64,000 bases of DNA, taken from IMG/VR virus record IMGVR_UViG_3300021958_000049, positions 12,669-76,668 of that record; one strand, 5' to 3'. Below are positions 37,479-47,656 of this stretch, piece by piece. The DNA comes from a virus. Its lineage: Duplodnaviria; Caudoviricetes. A program made the translations under genes and the position numbers. Under the pieces are notes generated by a model, which saw only the letters and a program-made list of their open reading frames with translations, searched no databases and was not told where the DNA came from. Numbering within the stretch: the first letter of the stretch is position 1; every line of letters starts with the position of its first letter.

Positions 37479-38153
37479 ATGGGAGATAATATTAGAGGAG
37501 AGGCTTTTGCAGAATTACCAGAATTAGAAGAAATAAAAGGTAACTTTGAGGCATATGTTCAATTATGGGAACGCAAATATGGTGGTGGAAATCAAGCAGC
37601 TAAATATGCCTATGAATGGTTCGAGGAAACTTTAGCCGATAAAGATTCTACTTATATACAATCGACTGGTGGACCTACATTAACGTGGGGCAAGTTATAT
37701 CATTTTAGATATGATCCAGTAACAAGAGATAAATTATCATACTTTGATAAATCTCCAATGATACTATCGTTAGGCCAAGATAAAAAGGGATTGGAAGTTG
37801 GATTGAATTTAAACTTCTTACCTAAAGTTGCTAGATATTGGATGGTTGGGCAGATATTTAAAATATACGAGAAATCTATTATTAATGCAGCAAAAGGAAA
37901 AAATTGGAGACGAGCCTCAGATCAAGAAGAAGTACAATTAGAATATAAATTATTAGAAGCTAATTTAGGTAAGTGGGGATTAGGGCATTGTATACGTAGA
38001 TATTACTTAAATAAGATGAGCGAGTTAGCGGTTGTTTGCTATGAAGATTGGATTAGGGCCGTAATGATTAATTGGAATGATTACGAAGGTATACGTGAAA
38101 ATGATGTAAAAACTTTATATGAACAGTATATCGTAAAGTCACAAAAAAGATAG
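37479..38153 (+). CDS. gp2: DNA end protector
   Basis: GKLYHFRYDP..RDKL.YFDKSP, GLNLNFLP, CIRRY. Confidence 0.85.
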   Translation: MGDNIRGEAFAELPELEEIKGNFEAYVQLWERKYGGGNQAAKYAYEWFEETLADKDSTYIQSTGGPTLTWGKLYHFRYDPVTRDKLSYFDKSPMILSLGQDKKGLEVGLNLNFLPKVARYWMVGQIFKIYEKSIINAAKGKNWRRASDQEEVQLEYKLLEANLGKWGLGHCIRRYYLNKMSELAVVCYEDWIRAVMINWNDYEGIRENDVKTLYEQYIVKSQKR

Positions 38154-38183
38154 GAATATATAACTTAATAAAAAAAAGAAAAA

Positions 38184-39773
38184 ATGGCAGGATTTGTAGA
38201 AAGAGGTGATAATGCAGGCGGACCTAGATTCGTTGCATCAAATGCCTTAAAACAGCTTAGTTCTTTTGGGATGAAATACGATGACATGGTTCTTCGTAAC
38301 TCACAAGCCGTTGGTATTGTTGAAGATCAATTTGGATGGACTTATGACCCTAGAGGTTTAGTTGGAGGTGATTATGATGATTATGCATTATTTGCTAATT
38401 TAGCATTATCAGATATTGCTTTAAAGAAATCAATATCAGTATTCGATAAATCATATCCTAAGAAACGTGAGGAACTTAGAAGATTTGCAGTACAAGATGA
38501 AATTGAAGAAATACTAGACACTCTTTGTGACGAATGTGTTGTTTATGATGACAAAAATTATTTTTGCGATCCCCTTTTATTCGATGACGATTTATTAGCT
38601 ACTGAAAAGGTTGATGAAATTCGAGGAGCTATTTCTGTTAATTTTAAAAGAATTTATCAATATTTTGGCTTTAATAACGATATCACCGCCTGGTCATATT
38701 TTAGAAAATGGCTAGTTGATGGTTACCTTGCGTTTGAGATAATATATGATAACGATCAAAGGAACGTTATAGGATTTAAAGAGATCGATCCAATAACGCT
38801 AGAACCAGGTATTGACGATCAAGGAAAAAGAGTATGGAAACAATTTAAAGATGTTCCTGGAAAAGCTCGAATGTTATACGATTCACAAGTTATATACATA
38901 TCGTATGCTAACATGAATTCGCCAACTCGAATATCTTACGTTGAAAGACTTATTCGTTCATTTAATTTATTAAGAATCATGGAGCATTCTAGAATTATAT
39001 GGGCAGTAGTTAACTCATCGTTTAAAACTAAATTTATTATACCTGTTGGTGGTAAATCTAAAACAAGAGCAAAGCAATCTCTTGGTGTTTTAATGCAAAA
39101 CTATAGAGAACAAGTTGATTTTGATTATGATAGTGGCGAATTAAAAACAAATGGTCGTCCGATGATGCCATTTAATAAAGAATATTGGTTACCTGAAGGA
39201 GATGCCGGTTCCCCACAAATTGAAACTATTGGTGGCGATGGACCTGATTTATCTGATACTGATTCCTTAAAATACTTTAAAGAAAATTTACGTAGGGTTT
39301 CTAAAATTCCTATGAATCGTTTTGATGTCGAAAATCCACCATCATGGGAAATCAATGCAGAGGGATTAACAAGAGATGAAATTAAATTCGGTAGATTTAT
39401 TAATCGTTTGAGGTCAGTTTTCCAAGAAATTGTGGTAAAACCTCTTTGGATTCAAATGACTTTAGATTATCCTGACTTAATGAATGATGATTCTTTCAAA
39501 TCTCAAGTCGGTGTTAAATTTAATAAGTATAACGTATTTGAGGAAATGAAAGAAATGGAATTACTTCAAAAACGAATAGACTTTATTACTACCATGAAAG
39601 ATGGATTAGTTGATTATGATCCAAATGGAAATGAGATTAAATACTTCTCTTCTGAATTCTTGATTAGAAGATTCTTAGATTTAAGTGAAGATGATATTCG
39701 ATCAAATGCGAAAATGAAAAAGAAGGAACAGGAAGAACTAGACGCAATGGCAGATGAAGAGGATAATATATAA
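38184..39773 (+). CDS. gp20: portal protein
   Basis: EIEEILDTLCDE, FRKWLVDG, SYVERLI..FN.LRIMEHSRIIW, KEYWLP, DEIKFGRFINRLR. Confidence 0.93.
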   Translation: MAGFVERGDNAGGPRFVASNALKQLSSFGMKYDDMVLRNSQAVGIVEDQFGWTYDPRGLVGGDYDDYALFANLALSDIALKKSISVFDKSYPKKREELRRFAVQDEIEEILDTLCDECVVYDDKNYFCDPLLFDDDLLATEKVDEIRGAISVNFKRIYQYFGFNNDITAWSYFRKWLVDGYLAFEIIYDNDQRNVIGFKEIDPITLEPGIDDQGKRVWKQFKDVPGKARMLYDSQVIYISYANMNSPTRISYVERLIRSFNLLRIMEHSRIIWAVVNSSFKTKFIIPVGGKSKTRAKQSLGVLMQNYREQVDFDYDSGELKTNGRPMMPFNKEYWLPEGDAGSPQIETIGGDGPDLSDTDSLKYFKENLRRVSKIPMNRFDVENPPSWEINAEGLTRDEIKFGRFINRLRSVFQEIVVKPLWIQMTLDYPDLMNDDSFKSQVGVKFNKYNVFEEMKEMELLQKRIDFITTMKDGLVDYDPNGNEIKYFSSEFLIRRFLDLSEDDIRSNAKMKKKEQEELDAMADEEDNI

Positions 39774-39831
39774 TCCTATTTACATAATTGAACAATGATA
39801 TATAATAAAAAGTTAAAATAATCTATAAATA

Positions 39832-41583
39832 ATGGATCAACCGAAATTATTGGTATTAGAGAGATCAACTTCGATTCTCGAAGCAAGTGCCGACGAAAAA
39901 TATGTTTTGGAGGGAGTCTTTTCAGAGATTGGGAAAAAGAATAAGAACAATCGTATATATGATGAAAAGGAATTAATACCTCACATAGAAGCATTGCAAG
40001 AAAAAATTAAAACTGGAAAGTTATTAGGTGAATTAGATCACCCAAAACAATTCGATATCTCATTAAAAAACGTATCACACGTAATAGAAGATATTACTTA
40101 TGATAAAGCTAATAAAGTTGTTAAAGGTAAGATTCGTTTGTTAGACACTGAATCTGGAAAACAAGCTAAAGCGCTTGTTGATGGTGGAATTCCTATTCAT
40201 ATTTCTAGTAGAGCTGCTGGTGTTGTTGAGAACAACGGTCATGTTAAAATTAAAAAGCTTTTCACTTACGATTTAGTCGCTGATCCTGGATTCGAAAACG
40301 CAGAATTAAAACGAGTTAATGAAGCGTATGGATTTGGTGAAGATGATAACGTACAAATATACGAATTAGAAGGATATATAGAAAATAACAATATAGAAAT
40401 ACAAAAAGAACTCGATACAATGGAAAATATCAAAGATACTACACCCATTAATGAAGGTCAAGGTAATTTCGTTTCAGTAGAAGATTTCAACGAATACTCT
40501 AAAATTATTAAAGAGCAATTCGAATCTTTAAAAGCCGATATTGGTAATGTTACAGAAAGCGACCAAACTCCGGATTTAATAAAATATACTGAAAGGGTTG
40601 CTAAACGAGTTAACGATCTATCTTCATATATGGAGAAAGTTAGCGAAAACGTTGATAATCTAATCTCACATAACGATTATATTATTGAGAACCTTGATAA
40701 GGTAAAAGATTATGCTGAATATGTTGGTCTTAAAACCGATCAAAATATTGAGTACTCAAAACATGTTGTTGAAGGAGTAAATAATAGATTTGCTTACCAA
40801 GATTACGTAAACGAAAACGTTGATAAAGTTATTGACTATCAAAATTATTTAGTTGAAGGTATTGATGCGGCTGTTTCATATAGCGAATATATTAAAGAGA
40901 ACGTTGAAAACTTAGGTAAATATACAGATTATATAGTTAAATCTTTAAACGAAACTAAAGAGGAAGTAGTAAAAACCGAAGAAACGGTAAATGAATCTAC
41001 TGAATCTACTGAAACTGCTTCAGAAGAAACAGTTATTACAGAAAATGAAACTTACAAATTAGAATTAACAAATAAAATTCAAGCGTTAGTCGAATCCGCT
41101 AAGACGCAAAAAGTGGAAGAAACGTCTGCTAACACCCACTTCTTAAATTTCTTAGATGAATCACGAAGAACTGAATTTAAAGCATTTGATGATGAGACTA
41201 AAACGAAAGTTATTAGAGCTTATGAGTCAGATACTTGGTTCGGATCAACGGATGCATCAGGTATTTGGGAGTCGGTATTCGCTGAGCCTGTTAAATCAAT
41301 AGACTGGCTAGAAAATATGCCTGAGAAACATCAAAGTGCATGGGATTCTTTAAATGAATCACAACAAACTGCGATTAAAGCTCAAGCATCTGTGAGAAAT
41401 CTCGATACACAGTATAAGATCGATCACTTCTGGGCAACTAGAGATTTACGTTCGCATAATCCATCTGAACAAATAAATGAAGGAATTTCTTTGAATGAGT
41501 CGAAAGACGATTCGAAATACGAAACTTCATCTGTTTACATGGAATCTGTTACAGAAGGACTTAAACGACGCTTTAACAAATAA
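39832..41583 (+). CDS. gp21: prohead protease fused to scaffold-like coiled coil
   Basis: LEGVF, NKNNRIY, GELDHP, ISSRAAG, YDLVADPGF; followed by ~400 aa coiled coil with 14-residue periodicity. Confidence 0.9.
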   Translation: MDQPKLLVLERSTSILEASADEKYVLEGVFSEIGKKNKNNRIYDEKELIPHIEALQEKIKTGKLLGELDHPKQFDISLKNVSHVIEDITYDKANKVVKGKIRLLDTESGKQAKALVDGGIPIHISSRAAGVVENNGHVKIKKLFTYDLVADPGFENAELKRVNEAYGFGEDDNVQIYELEGYIENNNIEIQKELDTMENIKDTTPINEGQGNFVSVEDFNEYSKIIKEQFESLKADIGNVTESDQTPDLIKYTERVAKRVNDLSSYMEKVSENVDNLISHNDYIIENLDKVKDYAEYVGLKTDQNIEYSKHVVEGVNNRFAYQDYVNENVDKVIDYQNYLVEGIDAAVSYSEYIKENVENLGKYTDYIVKSLNETKEEVVKTEETVNESTESTETASEETVITENETYKLELTNKIQALVESAKTQKVEETSANTHFLNFLDESRRTEFKAFDDETKTKVIRAYESDTWFGSTDASGIWESVFAEPVKSIDWLENMPEKHQSAWDSLNESQQTAIKAQASVRNLDTQYKIDHFWATRDLRSHNPSEQINEGISLNESKDDSKYETSSVYMESVTEGLKRRFNK

Positions 41584-41607
41584 ACCACAAAAAATATTAA
41601 GACTATT

Positions 41608-43275
41608 ATGAACTTAATTAATGAATCTGAAATTTTCGGAAAATGGGCTCCAATTATCGAGTCAACTACTGGAATCGAAGACAAAGGTAAATTAGGGTGG
41701 ATGTCTAAATATTGCCATAACCACGAGTTGTATGAGAATAATTCTTATGCACAAGTTGGATCTGTAAACGGTATGGGATCAGTAAGATTTCCTGGTAACC
41801 CAGGAGCTCAAACTGCTTTCGGTGCTCAAACTACAGGATCTGGTGATAAGCCTTACACTCTTCTTCCGCTTGCAATGCAAGTTGCTGCACAAACTGTTGG
41901 ATTAGACTTAGTACCAGTTGTTCCTATGAACGGACCAATGGGTATCTTAACTTATTTAGACTTTGTGTACGGTGGAGGTAAAGTACCTACTGTTGGACAA
42001 ACTGGTGGATCAATCACAACTGCTGGAACAACTCCAGACATGCCATTACTAATTAAAGTAGATGGTGCAATCACTGCTGCTGGTGGAACATTTACTGCTG
42101 CTCCTGTTGCCGGTGAACAAGTAGTATCAAATACTGGTGCTACATTTACTTTCGTAGGTGAATCTAGAATCGATGGATTTGACATCTTTAAAGTAGACGC
42201 ATTAGCCGCTAGCCAAAACGTTGCTGCTGCACTTGTTGCAGGTACAACATTAACATGGACTGCTGGTGGAACTGGTGTAATTACTACTTCAGGTTCTCCT
42301 GCTCTAGTAAAAGCACTAGAAGATCACGTAATTGGTTTCTCTTCTAACAAATGGGATGGTTCTTCTGAGCCAATGTCAAGATTAGAAGGTGAAGGTACAC
42401 AAGATAACGTAATGAACTTAAGCCTATTCAACAAATCAGTTGAGGCTAAAACTTACCAAGTTGCTGCTGCAGTAACTCGTGAGCAAGTTCAAGATCTTAA
42501 GCAATTCGGTATCGATGCTGTTGCACAAGTTGAATCTGTACTTATCAATGAGTTAACTCAAGATATTAACAGAAACATCCTTGAAAGACTACGTAGACTT
42601 GGTTATACTAACCACGGTAATGTGTACAAAACTCAAGGTGTTCAATTCAACTTATTAGTTGGAACTACTACTGGTAACACATACTCTGCAATTCCTGCTC
42701 TAGCTGCTTTAAATAGTGCTGGTTCTGATGGTGTAGCGGTATTTGGTGCTGCTGGTACTTACAATCCGGTAGTTGCATCTTCTGAAACTAACTCTGCTGC
42801 TGAGAATTTACATACTAGACAACGTAAAATCATGTCTAAAATTCTTGCAACTGCGAACTTAATCGCAATCAGAGGTAGACGTGGACCTGCTACTTTCGCC
42901 GTTACAAACGGTCAAGTAGGATCTGCTTTACAAGATGTTGCTGGATTCGTTCCTGCTCCAATGGCAAATACGCTAAATCAACAAACTGGTTCATTGTACC
43001 CAATCGGTACTTTAGCTGGATTGGCTATTTACGTAGATCCATACATGAGCTGGAGTGATACTCGAGTAACTGTAGGTAGAAAAGGTGATGGAAACTCTCC
43101 AGGACTTGTATTCATGCCATACTTAATGGCTGAATCAGTACAAACTATCGCTGAGGGAACAATGGCGCCAAAAATCGCTGTTAAATCTCGTTACGCTTTA
43201 GTTGAAGCTGGATTCCACCCAGAATCTATGTACATCACATTCGGTGTAGCAAACGAAGCTGGTGGTTGGGCTTAA
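41608..43275 (+). CDS. gp23: major capsid protein
   Basis: KWAPIIE, DLVPVVPMNGPMG, LINELTQDINR, FMPY, KSRYAL. Confidence 0.93.
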   Translation: MNLINESEIFGKWAPIIESTTGIEDKGKLGWMSKYCHNHELYENNSYAQVGSVNGMGSVRFPGNPGAQTAFGAQTTGSGDKPYTLLPLAMQVAAQTVGLDLVPVVPMNGPMGILTYLDFVYGGGKVPTVGQTGGSITTAGTTPDMPLLIKVDGAITAAGGTFTAAPVAGEQVVSNTGATFTFVGESRIDGFDIFKVDALAASQNVAAALVAGTTLTWTAGGTGVITTSGSPALVKALEDHVIGFSSNKWDGSSEPMSRLEGEGTQDNVMNLSLFNKSVEAKTYQVAAAVTREQVQDLKQFGIDAVAQVESVLINELTQDINRNILERLRRLGYTNHGNVYKTQGVQFNLLVGTTTGNTYSAIPALAALNSAGSDGVAVFGAAGTYNPVVASSETNSAAENLHTRQRKIMSKILATANLIAIRGRRGPATFAVTNGQVGSALQDVAGFVPAPMANTLNQQTGSLYPIGTLAGLAIYVDPYMSWSDTRVTVGRKGDGNSPGLVFMPYLMAESVQTIAEGTMAPKIAVKSRYALVEAGFHPESMYITFGVANEAGGWA

Positions 43276-43301
43276 TACCTAATACCATAACTTATAGTTT
43301 C

Positions 43302-43327
43302 AAAAGGTCTCCTTCGGGAGACCTTTT
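43302..43327 (+). terminator. UUCG-tetraloop terminator after the major capsid gene
   Basis: AAAAGGTCTCC-TTCG-GGAGACCTTTT then T-rich. Confidence 0.9.
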
Positions 43328-43372
43328 GTTTTTTGATACGAATATATAGAATATAAAATAAACTCTATAGAA

Positions 43373-45721
43373 ATGAATCTAATAACAAGAGGCGAATACG
43401 ATAGTATCAATGAAGCCGTTATAGGCTTAAGAAGATTAGCATCTAAGGAAGATTTAGAAGCGGTTAATGACCAGGAATTTAATGAAATGATTAAATTTTT
43501 GTTACTACTTAATAATCAAACTGGTGCTCGTTTATGTGAATCTCATTACACTCTAATAAAAGAATTGATGATAAAATCAGATTTGGTTAACGAATCTAGA
43601 TTCGAATCAATGGATAGTATAGTTGCTATTAATGAAAACTATATCAATGAAGATTGGGATGATGATGTTAGTAAAGGAATAACAACAGCGGCAGTAACAA
43701 CTGGAGCGGCAGCAGTATCTTTAGCAGCATACATATCTTTCTTATTTAAAAAGAAGAAAATTAGAAAGGCTTGGGAAAAGGTTAGAGATAAAGAATTAGA
43801 AGCTGTTAATGTTGATAAGGATTTAGCCGATACTATTAAGTCTTATGAACCTGAACTTTCGAAAGAAGAGGTTGCTGATAAAGTTTCTGAAATAGAAAAG
43901 AAGAAGGAAGAGGAGAAAACTGCATTAAAAGATTTTGATGCTAATAAAAAAGAAGAGGTTGAGAAGACTGAAGATAAATTAAAAAAGACTGAGGATGTTA
44001 TTAGAGATTTAGATTCGTCAGAGGCTGGTGGTGAGAAAAAGGAAGAGACCAAGCCAAAGGTAAAACCAAAATCTAAAACTGAGGTTCAGGAAGCTGAGGA
44101 TACAACAACCGTTGATAAGACTAAAGGTAATACTGATGAAGAGGAGGCCACTGGTAAAATACCTGATAAGAAAAAGGAAATTAAAGATATAAAAGATAAT
44201 TCTGATATAGAGGGCGAATTAGAAAAGCTTCGAAAAGAAACCGCTAAAATAGAAGATGAAAATAAGAAGATTAAAGAAAAGGGTGGTAAAGACGCTACTA
44301 AGAAACTTGAAGCAAAATCTAAGGAAAAAAAGAAAATATCTGATAAAATAAAGGAAGTTGAAGAAGAAGGAACCCCTGAATTAAAAAAGGCCAAAGACGA
44401 ATTAAAGGTTTTAAATAAAGATCTTGAAAAAGAAAAGTCAAATAGAGATAATCAAAAGGATACTATAAAATCTGCTAGAGACGAGGAGGCTATCAAAAAA
44501 GAAAAGGAAGATTTAAAATCTAATATAGAATCTGCTGAGACCGAGATTAAAGATATTAAAGAAAAGGGTAAGCCTCGTGGAACTGATAAAGAAAAGAAAC
44601 AAGCAATTGATGATGCAACAAAACAAAAGGAACAAATTGCGTTAGAGGTTGAAGCTGCCAAAAAGGAAGCTGATAGAATTAGTGGAACTAGTGGTGGTGG
44701 CGAAAAAGCTAAAGGTGTTGGTGGAAAAATATTTGGATTTTCTTCAGGATACGTACAACAAATAAAGGGTGAACATGCAATCGAAGTGTTACAAGCTAAA
44801 AAGGATGCATTGACTACTAATGATACAATATCAGATAAAGATAAAGCTGCTCAAGAAAAGGCAATTGATGCACAAATAGCAAAAAGTAAAGAATCTATTA
44901 AAAATGGAGAAGAGACTTTAAAGAATGCAACCGACGGCGTTGATGCTTCTGATGAAGAAATTAAAACTGCAGAACAGGGAGTTAAGGATAAGGAATCCGA
45001 ACAAGAGGCTGAAAAGACTAAAAAAGACGCCAAAGATAAGGCTAATAAAAAGGAAGCTATTGATGATGAAATAGAAAGACTTAATAAAAAAATTGAAGGA
45101 GCTAAAAAAGCTTTAGATGGCGGCAATATCCCTAAAGGAAAGGAAGAAATGGTAAAAGCTAACATCGATGCATTTAATGATAAGAAGGCAGAGCTACGCA
45201 AAATGAAAGATAAGTTAGGTGAGTCTACGTATTACAAATTTAATTTAGCTTTATTAGAACGAGATATAGATGCATTATTAAATGAATATAACATTATAGT
45301 AGAAACTCGAAAAGAATTATTAGAAGAGGAACCTAGCGATCCAAAAGATGATGAATCTGGCAGTGACAAATCGGATAAGAGTAATTCACTAGAAGGAAAA
45401 AAGGTTGTACTAGTTGATATGAGAATTAAAGATCTTGGAGCGTTAGAAGGTGCTACTGGTGAAATAATTAAAGTGTTTAAAGAAAACGAACGTGAACCTG
45501 AAGGAGACTTACCAAGAAGAACAGGAGATCCAGAAATATTCAAAATTAAATTAGATAAACCAAAGGATCCTATGTATCCAGAAATCAATTTAACCAAAAA
45601 GAATTTTAAATTAAAGGAAGATAAGCCGGAATCTAAAGAGGAAGGGACTAACGAGAATATTAACGAATCTTTTAGACAACGATTCTATAACGCATATAAT
45701 GATACAAATAAAAAGATCTAA
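43373..45721 (+). CDS. large K/E-rich coiled-coil putative internal/ejection protein with one hydrophobic segment
   Basis: Late motif; INEA, VNES, INEN, INED sites; GITTAAVTTGAAAVSLAAYISFLF then KKKK. Confidence 0.55.
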   Translation: MNLITRGEYDSINEAVIGLRRLASKEDLEAVNDQEFNEMIKFLLLLNNQTGARLCESHYTLIKELMIKSDLVNESRFESMDSIVAINENYINEDWDDDVSKGITTAAVTTGAAAVSLAAYISFLFKKKKIRKAWEKVRDKELEAVNVDKDLADTIKSYEPELSKEEVADKVSEIEKKKEEEKTALKDFDANKKEEVEKTEDKLKKTEDVIRDLDSSEAGGEKKEETKPKVKPKSKTEVQEAEDTTTVDKTKGNTDEEEATGKIPDKKKEIKDIKDNSDIEGELEKLRKETAKIEDENKKIKEKGGKDATKKLEAKSKEKKKISDKIKEVEEEGTPELKKAKDELKVLNKDLEKEKSNRDNQKDTIKSARDEEAIKKEKEDLKSNIESAETEIKDIKEKGKPRGTDKEKKQAIDDATKQKEQIALEVEAAKKEADRISGTSGGGEKAKGVGGKIFGFSSGYVQQIKGEHAIEVLQAKKDALTTNDTISDKDKAAQEKAIDAQIAKSKESIKNGEETLKNATDGVDASDEEIKTAEQGVKDKESEQEAEKTKKDAKDKANKKEAIDDEIERLNKKIEGAKKALDGGNIPKGKEEMVKANIDAFNDKKAELRKMKDKLGESTYYKFNLALLERDIDALLNEYNIIVETRKELLEEEPSDPKDDESGSDKSDKSNSLEGKKVVLVDMRIKDLGALEGATGEIIKVFKENEREPEGDLPRRTGDPEIFKIKLDKPKDPMYPEINLTKKNFKLKEDKPESKEEGTNENINESFRQRFYNAYNDTNKKI

Positions 45722-46178
45722 ACCTGGTAAAAATCCAACTAAGCATGGTATTGTTTTAGAGGGACTTAAACCATTATATCAAAATACGTTAAAGAAATAT
45801 GAATTCATTAAAGATGTTTGTGACGATGATAAGTTCTTAAATATAATGTTTAATATAATCGATAAAGAATCTAGGATAAAAAATAAAAGTAAATTTTTTA
45901 TAGATCCAACGGATTTAAAAATTAAATCTAGAGATCGTTTACAAGACGAAATACGAATAATTCCTTGGAAATGTTCATTTTGTCAATGCGAAATAAAATC
46001 TAAAATGGATAATTTTTCCGTTAAGAATTTTACTTGCAAAGATTGCTATGATACATATACTAAAGATGGAAAAATCGTTAGCGAATTAATATTAAATAAT
46101 TCGGTAGAATTTACGGAACATTGCAAACGATTAATAAATAAAGATAGAAAAAACTTTTTAAAATACATTTCAAAATAA
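45699..46178 (+). CDS. C4 zinc-finger hypothetical protein
   Basis: CSFC...CKDC. Confidence 0.6.
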   Translation: MIQIKRSKPGKNPTKHGIVLEGLKPLYQNTLKKYEFIKDVCDDDKFLNIMFNIIDKESRIKNKSKFFIDPTDLKIKSRDRLQDEIRIIPWKCSFCQCEIKSKMDNFSVKNFTCKDCYDTYTKDGKIVSELILNNSVEFTEHCKRLINKDRKNFLKYISK

Positions 46179-47636
46179 ATGAAACATTTCGAAAACTTTC
46201 AATTAATAACTGAGGCGTTATCCTTTAATAAGGTACAAGTAATAATACTTTCGAACTTAGAAGCAGAGTCAACTACAGTAGATGCCGTAGTAAAAGCTTG
46301 TAAAAGGCGTGGAGTACCTTGTTACCCATTAAATGTTAAGACAGCGTTTATTAAGGAATTTGTAAATAAACGTAATGATATTAAAATTGGCGATGCCGAT
46401 AATAAGCCTATTGCAATCAATCGATCAAATACTGTTATTCTTTCTAGACGAGGTATTGTTAATTCTACATATACAAGACAATTATTAGAAGACTTAGAAT
46501 CTTACAACTTCTTTTGTGTAAATACTTTGAATTCTATAATGACTTGTGAAAATAAGAACACAACAAATAGAATATTAGAAGCTGCTGGATTACCAACACC
46601 TAAAAATTCGATACTATCGGATCCTGAAGGAATAGATCAAGCACTAAAAGATATTGGTGGTAAGTTTCCAGTCATTGTAAAAATGTTATCAGGTTCTCAA
46701 GGTATTGGCGTTTCTCAAGTTGATTCTTACGAATCATTAAAATCAGTATTACAAACTCTTTGGAAAGCTAGTGGCAAAAATGAAATATTATTACAGGAAA
46801 TGATACCTGCAACCGGTGATGTGAGAATTCATGTTTTATCTAAAAAATTCTTTAGTCCTGATGATGAACATTCTGAGGTAATTGCGGTAATGCAAAGAAC
46901 AGCTGCTAAAAAAGATTTTAGAACAAATTATTCAATTGGCGGTGGAGTTAAGAAATTTAAGTTAACTAAGGAAATGGAACAAATTGCAAAGGATGCTGCA
47001 AAAGCTGTTGATGCAACTTGGTGTGCTGTTGATTTAATCATAGATAAGAATACGAAGAAACCTTATATATTAGAAGTTAATGGATCTCCTGGTACTAAAG
47101 GAATTACAGAAGCTACTGGATTACCAGTAGTTAAAATAGTATTAGATTATATATTAAATAAAGAAAATTGGACATATCCTAATATCAGCTGTGGTTTTAG
47201 GGAAGTGATTACAATTCCAGGTGTTGGTGATTATGTGTGTAAAATGGACACAGGAAATGGCGGAAAGGCATTATCTATACATGGAGAAAACGCAAAAGTT
47301 AATGGAAAATACTTAGAATATGAAATTAACGGAAAGTCTTACAAAGATAAAATCGTAGATTATTCAAATCCAGTTGTAGGAGAAGAAACTTTAGAAAGAC
47401 CTATTATATTAAAGGATCTTGTATTCGCCGGTAAATTAGTACCTAAAGTTCCAATATCAATAGTTGATAGAACAGAAAAATCTACACCGGCATTAGCTAA
47501 TCGAAAATTTATGGATAGATTAGGTATAAATGTTAGTCCATCTAAAGCTTTTAGAGCTACATCTTTTGATGGTGGTGAATACTCGGTTGAGGATTCTATA
47601 GGTAATGCTCTAGGAGGAATTAAATTCGAAAAATAA
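46179..47636 (+). CDS. rimK: RimK-family ATP-grasp ligase fused to RimB-type retropepsin-like protease
   Basis: NK..T..IL.AAGLPTP, FPVIVK..SGSQGIGV, LLQEMI, DFRTNYSIGG, AVDL, LEVNGSPG; then CKMDTG...RP...ISIVDRTEKSTPALANRKFM. Confidence 0.9.
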   Translation: MKHFENFQLITEALSFNKVQVIILSNLEAESTTVDAVVKACKRRGVPCYPLNVKTAFIKEFVNKRNDIKIGDADNKPIAINRSNTVILSRRGIVNSTYTRQLLEDLESYNFFCVNTLNSIMTCENKNTTNRILEAAGLPTPKNSILSDPEGIDQALKDIGGKFPVIVKMLSGSQGIGVSQVDSYESLKSVLQTLWKASGKNEILLQEMIPATGDVRIHVLSKKFFSPDDEHSEVIAVMQRTAAKKDFRTNYSIGGGVKKFKLTKEMEQIAKDAAKAVDATWCAVDLIIDKNTKKPYILEVNGSPGTKGITEATGLPVVKIVLDYILNKENWTYPNISCGFREVITIPGVGDYVCKMDTGNGGKALSIHGENAKVNGKYLEYEINGKSYKDKIVDYSNPVVGEETLERPIILKDLVFAGKLVPKVPISIVDRTEKSTPALANRKFMDRLGINVSPSKAFRATSFDGGEYSVEDSIGNALGGIKFEK

Positions 47637-47656
47637 CAAAATAAATTTATATTAAA

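Noticed and set aside
43843-45597. Five minus-strand ORFs rich in Ser/Phe/Leu
   Set aside because: Antisense shadows of the K/E-rich 43373 gene; no promoter or leader; the same applies to 14602, 14663, 34699, 34829 and similar
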